A stretch of 61,857 bases of DNA, counting the filler, from Hausera hauseri (taxonomy: Eukaryota), in the NCBI GenBank assembly GCA_046269625.1. It is 11 parts of 11 records of this genome, joined end to end, with 100 filler letters (N's around TTAATTAATTAA, not from the genome) between each part and the next. Parts side by side here need not be neighbours in the genome. Positions count along the whole stretch, not along the records: positions 23,057 to 28,138 come from JBJURY010341712.1; positions 28,239 to 35,230 come from JBJURY010045554.1; 9 more parts are not named here. One strand, written 5' to 3'. The notes under the pieces were generated by a model. It saw only the letters and a program-made list of their open reading frames with translations, ran no database searches and was not told the DNA's origin. Position 1 is the first letter of the stretch, and every line of letters begins with the position of its first letter. The position numbers and the translations under genes are program-made. Shown here piece after piece: positions 23,548-35,330 of this stretch.

Positions 23548-24591
23548 ATGCAAATAATGATAAATGTCTATAAAGTCCCAGTAAGGACAAGATTGACAAT
23601 GATGAATTTCAAAGGGAATACTGAAAAGAAAGAAGAAAATAAATTATTAGTCGATGCGGCCAAGGCTGAGGGTTACGCATCTCAATTCTCACCTAAAAAG
23701 GTGAAGTATTCAGGCCGGGAAAGGCCTCAAAAGTATGGATTATCAAAGTTGTCCAAATCGCTTTATTCACAGAAACAAATACAATATTTTGAGATGGAAA
23801 ATTTTGGAGATGAAATATTAAAAATGAAATTTGTGTCCATATCTCAGCAAATCCCTGAAACTGAGATACGATTTAACGTTGTGAAAAGATATGGAAAAAG
23901 TATATCAGATCTCGAAGGTGTTGATCAGTTAGATGTATTGACTATTCCAAAACTCATTTGTCGAGATATGTCTGCTACATATAAAGATCTCAGTTCTATG
24001 GATGATTGTGATTTCAATGAAATTATGGTTAAATGGAAAAACACTCGAAGCTCAAAGTTAATACGAAAATGGAAATCTATTGATGCCTTTACGATCGCCG
24101 GAGGACCTTTGATATTATCAATGATTTTGAGGTTATTTGAAGATTGTGTTAATAAGATTGTTCATTGCTGTTCTTGTTTCCTCGTTTTGATGAACCCCGC
24201 CAGGGTTTGTGTATGTTTGCGTATGTCTGCTAAAATCTGTATGTTTGCTTACAGCAAAATTAATGGTGGAGGAACTCCCCCGGAGAGCAACCCTCCGATA
24301 TCAACGGTTGCGAAAATTAAAGAAATTGCAAAAATAAATAATTTTATATATAATTATATATCAGGTGGGGAATGGAGGGGAAACAAAAGGGATATGGTGG
24401 ATTATTTAAAGGGAAAAATACAAGGAACAAAGGGTAGTATGACTCAGGGAAAAAGGTTTGTTAGAAATGGGCCCAGCAAACCGTGTGATATAAAAACGAG
24501 TCTACCATTTAAATACTATGTATATCTTACAAAGACTTGGTTATTCAAATATTATGTATCTCTAACAGTCTTAAATAGTCAGAGAGTTTAG
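23548..24591 (+). CDS. Hypothetical protein, 347-aa uninterrupted ORF
   Basis: Long ORF in AT-rich DNA with protein-like composition; no motif recognised. Confidence 0.4.
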   Translation: MQIMINVYKVPVRTRLTMMNFKGNTEKKEENKLLVDAAKAEGYASQFSPKKVKYSGRERPQKYGLSKLSKSLYSQKQIQYFEMENFGDEILKMKFVSISQQIPETEIRFNVVKRYGKSISDLEGVDQLDVLTIPKLICRDMSATYKDLSSMDDCDFNEIMVKWKNTRSSKLIRKWKSIDAFTIAGGPLILSMILRLFEDCVNKIVHCCSCFLVLMNPARVCVCLRMSAKICMFAYSKINGGGTPPESNPPISTVAKIKEIAKINNFIYNYISGGEWRGNKRDMVDYLKGKIQGTKGSMTQGKRFVRNGPSKPCDIKTSLPFKYYVYLTKTWLFKYYVSLTVLNSQRV

Positions 24592-25414
24592 GGTGATTAC
24601 ATGACTGATACGGTCAGACACACAATCAAGCAAGAAATCAAACATTCACATCACATATACAAAGCAACACAATATTTTATAATTAGTGCATTATACAGTT
24701 GAGTAATAAGCTATCTATCCTCACAACTACTATTCGGTCAAAGCACTTCTACTACTCGTTCAATATTTTCCTGCTATTTGGTCAATGATCAACTACTCAG
24801 TCCATATTCATCTTCTGTTAGGCCTATGTTCATCGACTTGTGTGAATGTTTTTTGCTATTTCGTCGATATTTTTCTGCTATTCAATCAGTATTATTGGAA
24901 TAAGAGCACAAATGTTAAATGTAGCTAAAGCATAACTGTATGGTACATCGTTAAAATTCGACACATCATCTATATAATAAGTAACATATTTTACCGACGA
25001 CATCTAATTTAAATACGAACGCAGCCACAATAGATATAAGCAATGCCAAAATATAGAACGACACAAATGTGATGATTCCACCAATAGCTTGTCGACCACA
25101 ATCCCTGAGACTTCCTGATGTAACCCCCTAAATAAGCATATGCAATGGTATACAACAAATTATGTCAGTAACCGAAAACGGGTAAGTCAATATCAAAACA
25201 TAGATAGATGGGGATACTGAAATAACCATATCGATTACATTTCTATGAACATGAATCATATAGAGGGTCATTGGTGATATATGAAAATTACTGTTTATCC
25301 GTAAATATCCACGGAATCTGATAACGTAGTGATATTAGTAGGGTACCAATAACAACAACCATCACACCTAAATGAAAAGATTTTTAATATATTTTTGACA
25401 TGGTTTACCATTGA

Positions 25415-27178
25415 ATGATGTCATTGCCACTAGTCGTCATTTTGTTGAATATGTTGAGTGACGGTACGTCATTATGGGCTATCGTCGATAGTTTGCGTCC
25501 CATTGATGGACGGATTGTTTTGTTGTGTTTTTTGTGGTTGGTACAGTTGGCTGTTGTTGCTGCTCTATCTTTTATTGGTGGTAGATGTAATGGTTTGTTT
25601 TATTAATGAAAGTTTTATAAATTATTACCGAATCACTATGTATAAATAAATAATGGCTGTGATAAGTTTGTTGATGGAGGACAGGCTTTGAAAATTAGTT
25701 TGGTATGAACTTCGAGTTATGAATTTTCTGACTTTATTCTTTATTGACATGATGTCTTTCATATAAACAAATAATGACATGCTGTTGTTTATTTATACGT
25801 CTTAATCATTTATTAAATTTTATATTAATTAATTATTTTTATAATCGATGAATTTTTATTTTCTTATTGTACATTTAATTAACTTTGGAAGTTGGTAATA
25901 TTCAAAATATTTTTCTAATAATTATTAATTTAATTAATTAATTAGTTAATTAATTAATTAATCCAGGAATCATCAGTCTATTATTATCAACTGGCATCAT
26001 GATTACACTTATCCATCAACAAATCGTCACACCAAAAATCATCTACGATAATTATTACGTCATCATGGCCACTTCCATTCTCCTCTCCTTCATCATCTCA
26101 CTCATTCTACTCAAATCCTACATGGACAAATCGTCAAAAATTACGTCACACAAAAGTAAATCCATGCATATTCACACAAATTTCCTCTCTCATTCCAGAT
26201 GGAATTTTCTACAGTTTTCTTATCGGCCGCGGAGTCAATCCACGCATTTTCTCCTTGGATTTGAAATTCTTTTTCGAATTTCGTCCAGCATTCATCAATT
26301 GGACAATTCTGAACATCGTAATTTGTGCAAAGGATCTCGACGAAAACGGCTACCGTTCCATCAATCCGTCATTGGTAGCCACTGCCGTCTGTCAAATTAT
26401 TTATTGCACGGACGGGCTGCTGTTTGAAAGGACGATTCGATCGAAATCATTTTTTGTAAACGGCACATTCGGATTTATCCATTGTTTTGGTAGTTTGGTG
26501 TTTGTGCCATTCTTGTACACGATGACGAGTCGGGCTGTCCAGATGCGGAATTATCGATTACCGACAGACTGTCTGGTGGGGATTTGCATTGTGTATTTGG
26601 TTGGCTATGTCATGTACAGATCATCGAATTGGCAGAAGGATGAGTTCAGGAGGAATCCGTACGGTGTTCATGTCATACGTATGATTGATTGATTGTGTCG
26701 ATATTGATTTTGGTAGATTTGCGTACTGTTCCCAATGACTACGGTAGACAACTTCTTGTTGGTGGATGGTGGGGATTGTTGCGTCATCCGAATTACCTTG
26801 GTGACGTCATTATGACATTTTGTTGGTCATTGTGTGCAGGTTAATTATCTACTGACTAATAATAAGTAGTAATGAAATTTTTACCTTTTTTTTATTTAAA
26901 TTTTATTTAGTTATTTTTATTAAATTTTTTATTTTGGTTAATTTTATTTTTGTTGTTAATGAACTTGATTTTTTTAATTTTTTTTTAAATTAAAGTAATT
27001 AATTAAATTTATTTAAGGTATCCAATGGAATGTATTTCTATTGTATCCGATTTATTTTGTCATTTTCATTATTCGACGTTGTATTAATGACGAATACGAT
27101 TGTTCCAAAAAACATGGCCGAGCATGGATCGAATATAAGCGAATAGTTCGCTATCGTTTATTTCCGTTAATATTTTGA
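25415..27178 (+). CDS. Sterol reductase, ERG4/ERG24 family (LBR/TM7SF2-like), spliced
   Basis: Exons 25968-26155, 26199-26678, 26717-26839 and 27018-27178 with GT-AG introns give FLIGRGVNPRIFSLDLKFFFEFRP, RSSNWQKDEFRRNP, LLVGGWWGLLRHPNYLGD, DEYDCSKKHGRAWIEY..VRYRLFP. The first exon (from about 25415) is uncertain. Confidence 0.9.
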
Positions 27179-27214
27179 AATGAAGTAGTCAATTTTCAAT
27201 ATTTATATTCTGCA

Positions 27215-27242
27215 TGTGTGTGTGTGTGTGTGTGTTTGTGTG
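27215..27242. repeat. (TG)n microsatellite
   Basis: Direct observation, just 3' of the sterol reductase stop codon. Confidence 0.8.
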
Positions 27243-28533
27243 TTTTATAAATTTTATATTTATTTATGATTACGTCTGAATTTGGATATTTTCCATATTT
27301 CTTTAGTGTCAACATGGCAGCAATGTTTTATCATTTTTGTTTGTATTTATTAAATGTTTTGTCGTTTTTGTCTTCACACCGATAAATTTATCGGTAAATT
27401 TTATCGATGTTCGTAAGTACATTCTCGAATGAAATATCGAATATGAAAATAATTTCATAAAAATACAAATTTGCAATTGCATACACCGAAATCAAAATAC
27501 CCGAATAAAGTTTTGATGAGGAATTGTCCAATGAAAATATTCTGAAAATTTTTAACGAAATTTTCATCATGCGTGTTAAAAAACTGAAAATATTGCGAAA
27601 TTATCAAAAATTGGACCAGAACAAATTTCTGGTGAAGTTTATCAAAATTGCGCATAGAATATTCGATAAAAGTTGAAATGTGAATTTTTAATCATTTCAC
27701 TGGTATGACATACAATTTACGTCCAATGGCAGTGAATAGTCTGGTCACGGACTTATAACTTCGAATTTCGATAACAACCGCGAGAGGATTATCAGTTTTG
27801 TTTCAGCATGTCCCAGTTAAGAAGACAGTCCATTTGCGGAAGGGACATCCAAGCATGAGATAGCGAAATTCCAGTGGATATTTGGCAAGGCTCTTGAAAT
27901 ATGGAAAACAGTTGTTTAGAGGAATCTCAATCAAGATAAAGGTACGTTCATTGTATTATAGATAAAGGTAACAATTTTGAAAAAGAACATTTTATTCACC
28001 ATGTACTACTAAATTTGTCCATTGAAAATTTTTTGTCAATTTTTTCGTTCTAAACGATAATATTCCTGTATCCAATCATTTGACGATATTTATAGGCACG
28101 TAAAATATCACTTTTTCATTTGTTTATTTAAATAACTGNNNNNNNNNNNNNNNNNNNNNNNNNNNNNNNNNNNNNNNNNNNNTTAATTAATTAANNNNNN
28201 NNNNNNNNNNNNNNNNNNNNNNNNNNNNNNNNNNNNNNTGGTTGATCTTGACTGTATATTACGAGCCATACTCGGTGAGTACAATATCCTATAATCATCT
28301 TCCGCTCGTCGTCGATTAATGATCTGCATTTTCTTTAATCATCCGTATTGTTTTGTTCTTTCATAAGGGTCCTCATAACTAAAGGGTTTCCGACAGAGCT
28401 CAGATTTGTGTGACATCATATATATTCTATCGCGATCCTCATATATTGGAGCTGTTGGTGGAATGATAGGCAAGGGTGCCTTAATTACTGAATACATCTT
28501 GTGTCTATTTTATCTGAGAATCGCTTCTCCTCC

Positions 28534-30505
28534 CTAAGGCTCGTCTTCATCGGAGTTATCTCTTTGCGTTACTATTTTTTTAGTTTTTCGTTTTAATAGA
28601 AATGTGGGCCTTGCTCGTCGTTTATAATTATGATAGCCGACGTGTCGTTTAACGTCATTCTTCCACTGATTTTCTTCGTATGCTTTAAGCCTTTTGCCGA
28701 ACGGGGTTATAATTTCAGTTGAAATCTTGCATGAAAATCCTGTTAACGTGAATATTTTGTACCTGTTTATAACCGCTTGGATTACCGCCTTTACTAGTTG
28801 TACCAAGAAATAGATTTCTAAAAATTCAGATGCAACTTGTCCAAAGATTAGAAATCTTCCCCATATTTTGTAGAGTATTTCTGTGGTTACCCGTTGATAA
28901 TGGTTCGCACGAAGCAGGGACTCCCATTTAGCCTGGTAACGGGTATCATCTACTACTGATGTCATAGCTCGGTTTAACTCGTGTTCGCTGGCGTGGAAAA
29001 GCGAGAAATTGTCGAAAGGCTTTGATTTCTTTGGGCCTGTAAATGCCCTTTTGGGATGTATCCTGAAACTTGTCATGAGTAATTCCTTTTGCTAAATTAG
29101 TTCCAGTTAGTTTTTTAGGAAAGGTAGTGATATCTCCATTAGGTAAGCTAACCCAATCCGTTTCGCTGCACCTAAACATGGGTTCACCTATGCTTGCCTT
29201 ACAATCCTTTAAGATTGTAGGTTGTGTTGCGTTATCTAACAATACTCTAGTGAGGGAAATGGCTAACTGTGGAGTATTCTGGTAGATTACAGGAAGCTCT
29301 TGTATACATCGTTTTTCTTCGACATTAATTGGTACGTCTCTTTTCTCGCACTCATATGTCAGTAGAACTTCGCCAGTGACTCGGCCAAAGATTCCTTCTC
29401 TCATGGGAATAATCGGTGAGGCTAACTCAGGATTGGCGTAAATAAGGGCTCATTTTGTCCTCGTAATCTCCATATCTAATTTACAATAATTAGTTATTAT
29501 TTTATGGTATAGCTCGGATATTTGGACTTGTCCTTTGTAGTAGAAATAATCATCTCGGTTTTTCAGTTAATTCTCAATTAGAATGTCCTGCGTTTCTAAG
29601 TTATGTGTTTTCGCGTTTATCTCCGTTTCTGTGACGAAGAACGCTTCATAGTTAGTGGTGAACATTATTACTTCGCAACGTGAAATCATTTCTTTTTTTA
29701 TGAATTTCAATCCATGTTGATCAGAGATCAATATCGTAGGTGTATGATGCTCCGATACGTTTTCACGTGCTCTTAAACTGATATCAGATTTGTCTACGTA
29801 TCTTTTCCCGGTAGTTTTATTAAACTTCAATTCCTTAATCTTGAAAAAATTACATCTCTTTCCAGCGGGCGGTTCCCATATGATGACAGAACTTCTGAAA
29901 GCACAGGTTCCGTCCTGTACGTGACATTTTTGATTCTCGGTATACAGCTTAGTGACGCTATGGAACATCACTTTCTGGACTCGCATTTTCGATTCGTAAA
30001 AGTCTACTACTACTACGTTTGCTTTTAATCCTTTTCCGGTATCATATTCTGCTCCACTACAGTGCCCGTTATGCATATCTAGCCTACCAACTACTATCTT
30101 GTATGCTCTGATTATCTTTCCGGGCTGCATTTCTAGTTCCATACTATCCCATTTCAGTCTTCCGATTTCTCACGCCTGCTTGCAATTTTGTCTTTTCAAA
30201 TTTATTGGAATTGGAGGGGTTGTTGGTTTGATTACTGAGGAATGTCCATGCATTAATCCATAGTGGAAAATACTACGAAATCGTCTCTGCATACACTACA
30301 TGCCGTCCAAGGATATCAGTTCTTGTTGTTGATATAGAAAATAACTCTTCTCCTTTGTTTCCAATTTATGTGGTCTGGCATCTTCACATGCTTCTAAGTC
30401 CATTAATGAATATTTTTGTCCAAGCTTAAATCTATTGCGGTCGTAGATGGTGGCAGCGCCCATTTGTTTTATCAGCATCATTATGATGAGCAAACTAATT
30501 AACCA
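28534..30505 (-). pseudogene. env: Envelope glycoprotein, chuvirus G-like (A2), most complete copy
   Basis: Signal WLISLLIIMMLIKQMGA, YSLMDLEAC, GIFGRVTGEVLLTYEC..CIQELPV, C-terminal membrane region IWGRFLIFGQVASEFLEIYFLVQLVKAVIQAVIN and a basic tail. Confidence 0.82.
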
Positions 30506-33500
30506 ATTAGATTTATTCTTCCGGTTGTTATTATCCGCTATTGTTAAATTCCGTATGATATCTCTGAGTCCATTATTATTACGGTTCTTTTTGTCTTCTT
30601 CCTTGTCAAACAATTTTGGCCAATTTACTTCACATGAAAGCTTCCTATCTGCTTTTCGTGCCAAGCTTGTAGCTCGATTTAGTTCATCCTCTCAATTAGG
30701 ATTCGTCTTAATAGCCAAGTATAATAATATTTTTCTTAGCTCTTCTGTCGTATTCTCTACCATAATTTTCTCGACTACTGCGTCGTCAGTTAGGCTACAT
30801 ATTGACAGTTTAAAAAGCGAACTTCTTATTGTTCTAGCTACGTTAAATATAGTCTTTTCTTTCTCATCTAATGTACCTCCCCGAAGACTTGAATAATTTA
30901 CGATACGTATTAAATTTTTCATTAATTCGTTTAACTCCTCATTGTCTGTGCTAAAGGTAGAAATCGACATTTGTCTCAGTTCTCTAATTAATTCTCCGTT
31001 ATAGTCAACTTCTTTCCGGGCCTTCCTAGGCCTGCCGACAGGGCGTTTTGGCCTTGACACATTGGTCGTATTTCCGCTCCAAGGCACTAAATTTTTATCG
31101 CATTGTTCCTTGTCTTCATCTGTCTGTAAATACTCGAAAAACATTGCCGCATCTCGTACTCCCATGATTTTCCCTACGCATTGTTCTGTTTTAGCCTTTC
31201 GCGTGGCTTCTTCTTTTGTCTGTTCACTGGCTATTATTACTACTATCCGATTTGTTTCGTCGGGGATGATTCCGTCATCTATTAACTGTTCTAAATCGTC
31301 AAGTATTCTTCCTCTATAGTAAAATCTGTAATTAAGCTCATTTGTTCCGCCGTTGTTTAGTAATTATTCTCTTACGTCCTTTACGTAGGAATAAATAGTT
31401 AGCTCACATTCCTTTTCTTCTATCCACTCGGATGATACCATTACTTTCATCGTTATCTCAGGTTTATCCCTCAAGATTTTCTCATACTTCTTCATCAACA
31501 GTTTCGGCACCGTGCTGTAAATTGTGCTTTCACTAGATAGTTTAGTCAAGGTCAGAATAAGTTGTCTTAGCTTATTTTCAGAAATATTTACGTTAATTAG
31601 TTCAGTCAATTCCTTTTCAGTTAGCACTGAGTCCAGGAGCATTTCTATGTTGAATTTGCTGTTCTGTGGATACATTTATATTTTATTTAAATTTACCGGA
31701 GTTACAGGATTTTCTGCCGTTATTGCTTCTAAATAAGCATCCCATTCTGGTTCATTCCCAATATCTGGGAGTCCATAGTCTACTAGAGCTGTGTTCGTCC
31801 TTTGCACATTTTCTCGAATTTCTCTTAATTTTGGTTGTATTTCTTTCATTTGTGTACTCCGTAAACCTATCCCGTTTCCACAGGCATACTGAAATATTTT
31901 CAGTAGTTCGCCTAATTCACTAGAATTGATGAATCCCTTCTGGTGATAGTCGGTTAGTTCGATAATAAAGTCTCTTTGCCAAGGCTGCACGAATTCTAGC
32001 TTATTTTTGATTTCTGATTCCGTAAAAGCGTATTTATTCCCGTAGGCCTCAAACTTTTTTGCCAGTTCGTCTAGCTTCGTTGCTCTTTATTTCGTTCTGA
32101 TGCACGTTTCTTCAACTTGTACTAATTTGAGCATCAATTGCCTCATCTTCTCATCATTAATCTCCACCATTTCTATCAATAAGTAGGCTGGCCCATACAT
32201 CTCATTTATAATTTTTGAGTCGGGATCCATTGCGTCCAGCAGTTTCTTAACGAATCTAGATTCCTCGACACTAAGACGTTGGTTGTTTCTTATTTTTGTC
32301 AATTCGGTGTGACAATTCTCATCTGTACCGGCCATCCATTCTAGGTGTTTATGCAAGAATTTTACTGCTTCTGTTAGGGCTACTCTATTTTCTTCACAAA
32401 TATCTAAAGTTTCGATGTCCTGGATTGAAATCTCGTTGATAGGTTTGTCCATTAAATGTTGGATTCCTTCTCGTCGGATGCTTCTTAACCTTGAGTAAAA
32501 ATTGCAAGTCATATTTCGCTTTTCTGTAAAGTTCGTTTCTTCGATCATTTTATAGATTTTTCCAATATTGTCATTTCTTGCTTCTTCTTCATAAAATTTA
32601 ATCGTCATAATGCTTCGAACAGTGTCCAGATGTCTATTTCTGCTTGTATGGTGTTTAAGTTACGTGCACCTTCTTCTAATTGTCTTTTTACAGATGGTTC
32701 ACTCTCTGGAAATTCTTTCTTATAGTCTTCTACTAACTTGCTTAACCTCGTTATTAGTTCAGACCATTCTGACAATTGATTGGCAACTATTGGCTTTGCG
32801 AGTATTGCTTTATCTAGCATTTTATATGCATCTTTTAACTCATCATCTGGACCTTTTATGAAATTCATGATTTGGATAACATAATTGAATTTATCCTTAT
32901 ATTCGTCGAATTCTCTGATACAAGCTTTTATTATATATTTGGTTTCTTCGTTAATCATAAACATGATTCGATTTCTTAAACTGTTGATCTGCGATCTTCT
33001 TTTATTCGCCAATTTAATGCAACTATCTAAGTCCGTATATCGTCTGGGTTCGGCGAAAGCAATTTTTATCATCTCCATTAAGGGAGGAATATCTATCGCG
33101 TCTATACCCAATATTGCTAAATCGTTATCTTTTCGAATACTAACCACTTTTTCTCTAAGCTGTTTGATCACTGCATTACGGATTTCATCCATTTTACGTT
33201 CTAAGTTACGGGCTACTCTCTTCAACTTGGGATTAGCCTCTAAGATAGATAATAGTGTTTGCGCTTCAGAGACTTTTACACCGATACTATCCTCATCTTT
33301 ACCCCATCCTTATGAAAATTCAACTCCACTTTTAATCCATGACTCTAATTCGTGGTTCCATTTGATCAACGTATCTCGCGGCACCTCTTCAGATTGTTTT
33401 AGCTCGATTGCTTCATCGAGCTTTCCTTCGCTGCATAATTTTAAACTCTTGTATAATTTCTCCGCACATTTTTGTTCTTTACCGGATATATCTGTTTGTT

Positions 33501-34299
33501 TACTGATCTGATTAAGCCTTTCTAAATGGCATCGGAGTATCTCTGGATCGTGTCATCTAATTCTTATTCTCTTTAATTCATCGGCATTCGTCCATGAACG
33601 TCGAACTTTCCATTTTCTCGCATCAAGATCGTTATTGTCGTCCGTTTCTTCCTCGGAAGCGGACAAATTTCATTGATTTAGTCATTAATGTTTATTATAT
33701 CTGGTGTTTCCAACGTTTCTAGGTTTTTTTTAGGCGTAACAGTCGTCTCTAAGGACGAGTGGTCTTTTAGGATAGCAGTATAGAAGTCTTCTTTTTCTTC
33801 CACGTGTTCTTTAATGGGAGATCTTGAGCGAGTCTTGGATTTTCTCTTAGGCGATGGGCTTTTACCTCTATTCTTCGTTATCTTGAGAACTAAATGACCA
33901 ATAAATTCACTTTTGATCTCATCTGTTGTTTCATCTGGGTTGTACTTTTCGGATTCTGCGTCTAAATCTACGTTTTGAGATGTCGTTGGTTTCTCTGACT
34001 AGGTTATTCCTTGGGGAATAGACTTTTTACGTGCCATATTAGCATTATTTGGTTCCAGTGTGTATTCTTCCTCAGTTTGTGGTTCTCTTAATCCGTGATA
34101 GACTTCCATTAGCCGTAATTTCTCTTCATATTCTTTTCTAGTCTTTGTGACTTGAGGATTAGCAGTTTCACCTAGATTCCTTACCGATCTACGTAGATCT
34201 TGCATTTCAAGGATCATGTTTATATTACCTCGTTTACCATAGATGACTAAGTTATTTTTAATCATACTTATTTTGTTCGGTTCAGTAAATGTGACGCTT
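30506..34299 (-). pseudogene. Region X (A2)
   Basis: ORFs 32605-33225, 32087-32608, 31676-31990, 31364-31675 and 30692-31165 are homologous to A1/A3; AT-hook RPVGRPRK present. Confidence 0.8.
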
Positions 34300-35230
34300 C
34301 TAGGATTTGGGCATGACCTGGCGATATGTCCTACCTTGCCACATGTAAAAAAATTAGATTCCCATTCCGGCAAATCCTTTGTCGGCCATCCTCATTCTCG
34401 GGTGATTTTGATCGGTTTGTATTCGTATTCTGGCTGTGATATTCTTCTGTTATCTTTGTCATATCTATTCTCTTTATATTTATTATTGAGTCGGTAACTA
34501 CCTTGGTTCCTGTCTGAATTGTAACTCAGTTTATTATACGAGTTATTTCTTTGATTCCTATTGTGAGCATTTTGATTTCTGTTATCAAAACCTCGGTTTT
34601 AGTTGTTATCATTAAGTCATCTGTTATCTTGATTCTCGTTTCTATTTCGGTTATTACGGTCGTTATTCCTTTCATATTTATCACCTGGCTGGGCATATCT
34701 TTTCAATGCCTTTTTTAAGTCTCGGGCTAATTGTAACGTCCTCTCAGAATTATCGGGTCTGATCAGAATTAACTGTTTAACTAGATCTTTTGACCATATG
34801 CCATTTATTAGCTGAGTTGTCATCATGACGTCTAAATCTGGTGGTGTTGCCTTTTCCGCGGCATCACGTTCTGCGTCTCTCTTAGCTTTTGCTACATTGG
34901 CTATCCTCAAGGTACTTACATAACTATTAGCGAGTTTCTTCAATGTAAATGCAAACTGGGTTACCTATTCACCCTTCTGTTGCACTCTGTTTTGAAATGC
35001 CATAAGTTTCTGTTGCGGCGTTACTGTTGGCAGTAATTTACGGTTTAATGCTCGTTCCAGGGAGGACCAGGATTTCTTTTTATCGTTGGTAAGCTCACTA
35101 TAAGCATCGGCAGCTAAATTCTTTAGATACAGTGATAAACATTTTATCGTTACTTCAGGAGTGAGACTAGCACCTTCCGCGTGCAACTTATAAGTTCTCA
35201 AAAAATTGTTCAGTCCGTCCGGATCACCAT
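34300..35230 (-). pseudogene. gag: Gypsy-type Gag (A2)
   Basis: LYLKNLAADAYSEL, FQNRVQQKGE, knuckle FTCGKVGHIARSC. Confidence 0.85.
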
Positions 35231-35330
35231 NNNNNNNNNNNNNNNNNNNNNNNNNNNNNNNNNNNNNNNNNNNNTTAATTAATTAANNNNNNNNNNNNNN
35301 NNNNNNNNNNNNNNNNNNNNNNNNNNNNNN

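Larger units (their letters stand above)
28239..35230 (-). mobile_element. Gag-X-Env LTR element, subfamily A, copy A2 (includes env transmembrane region and tail)
   Basis: Whole contig is collinear with A1 and A3: gag 34300-35230, X 30506-34299, env 28534-30505. Confidence 0.9.
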
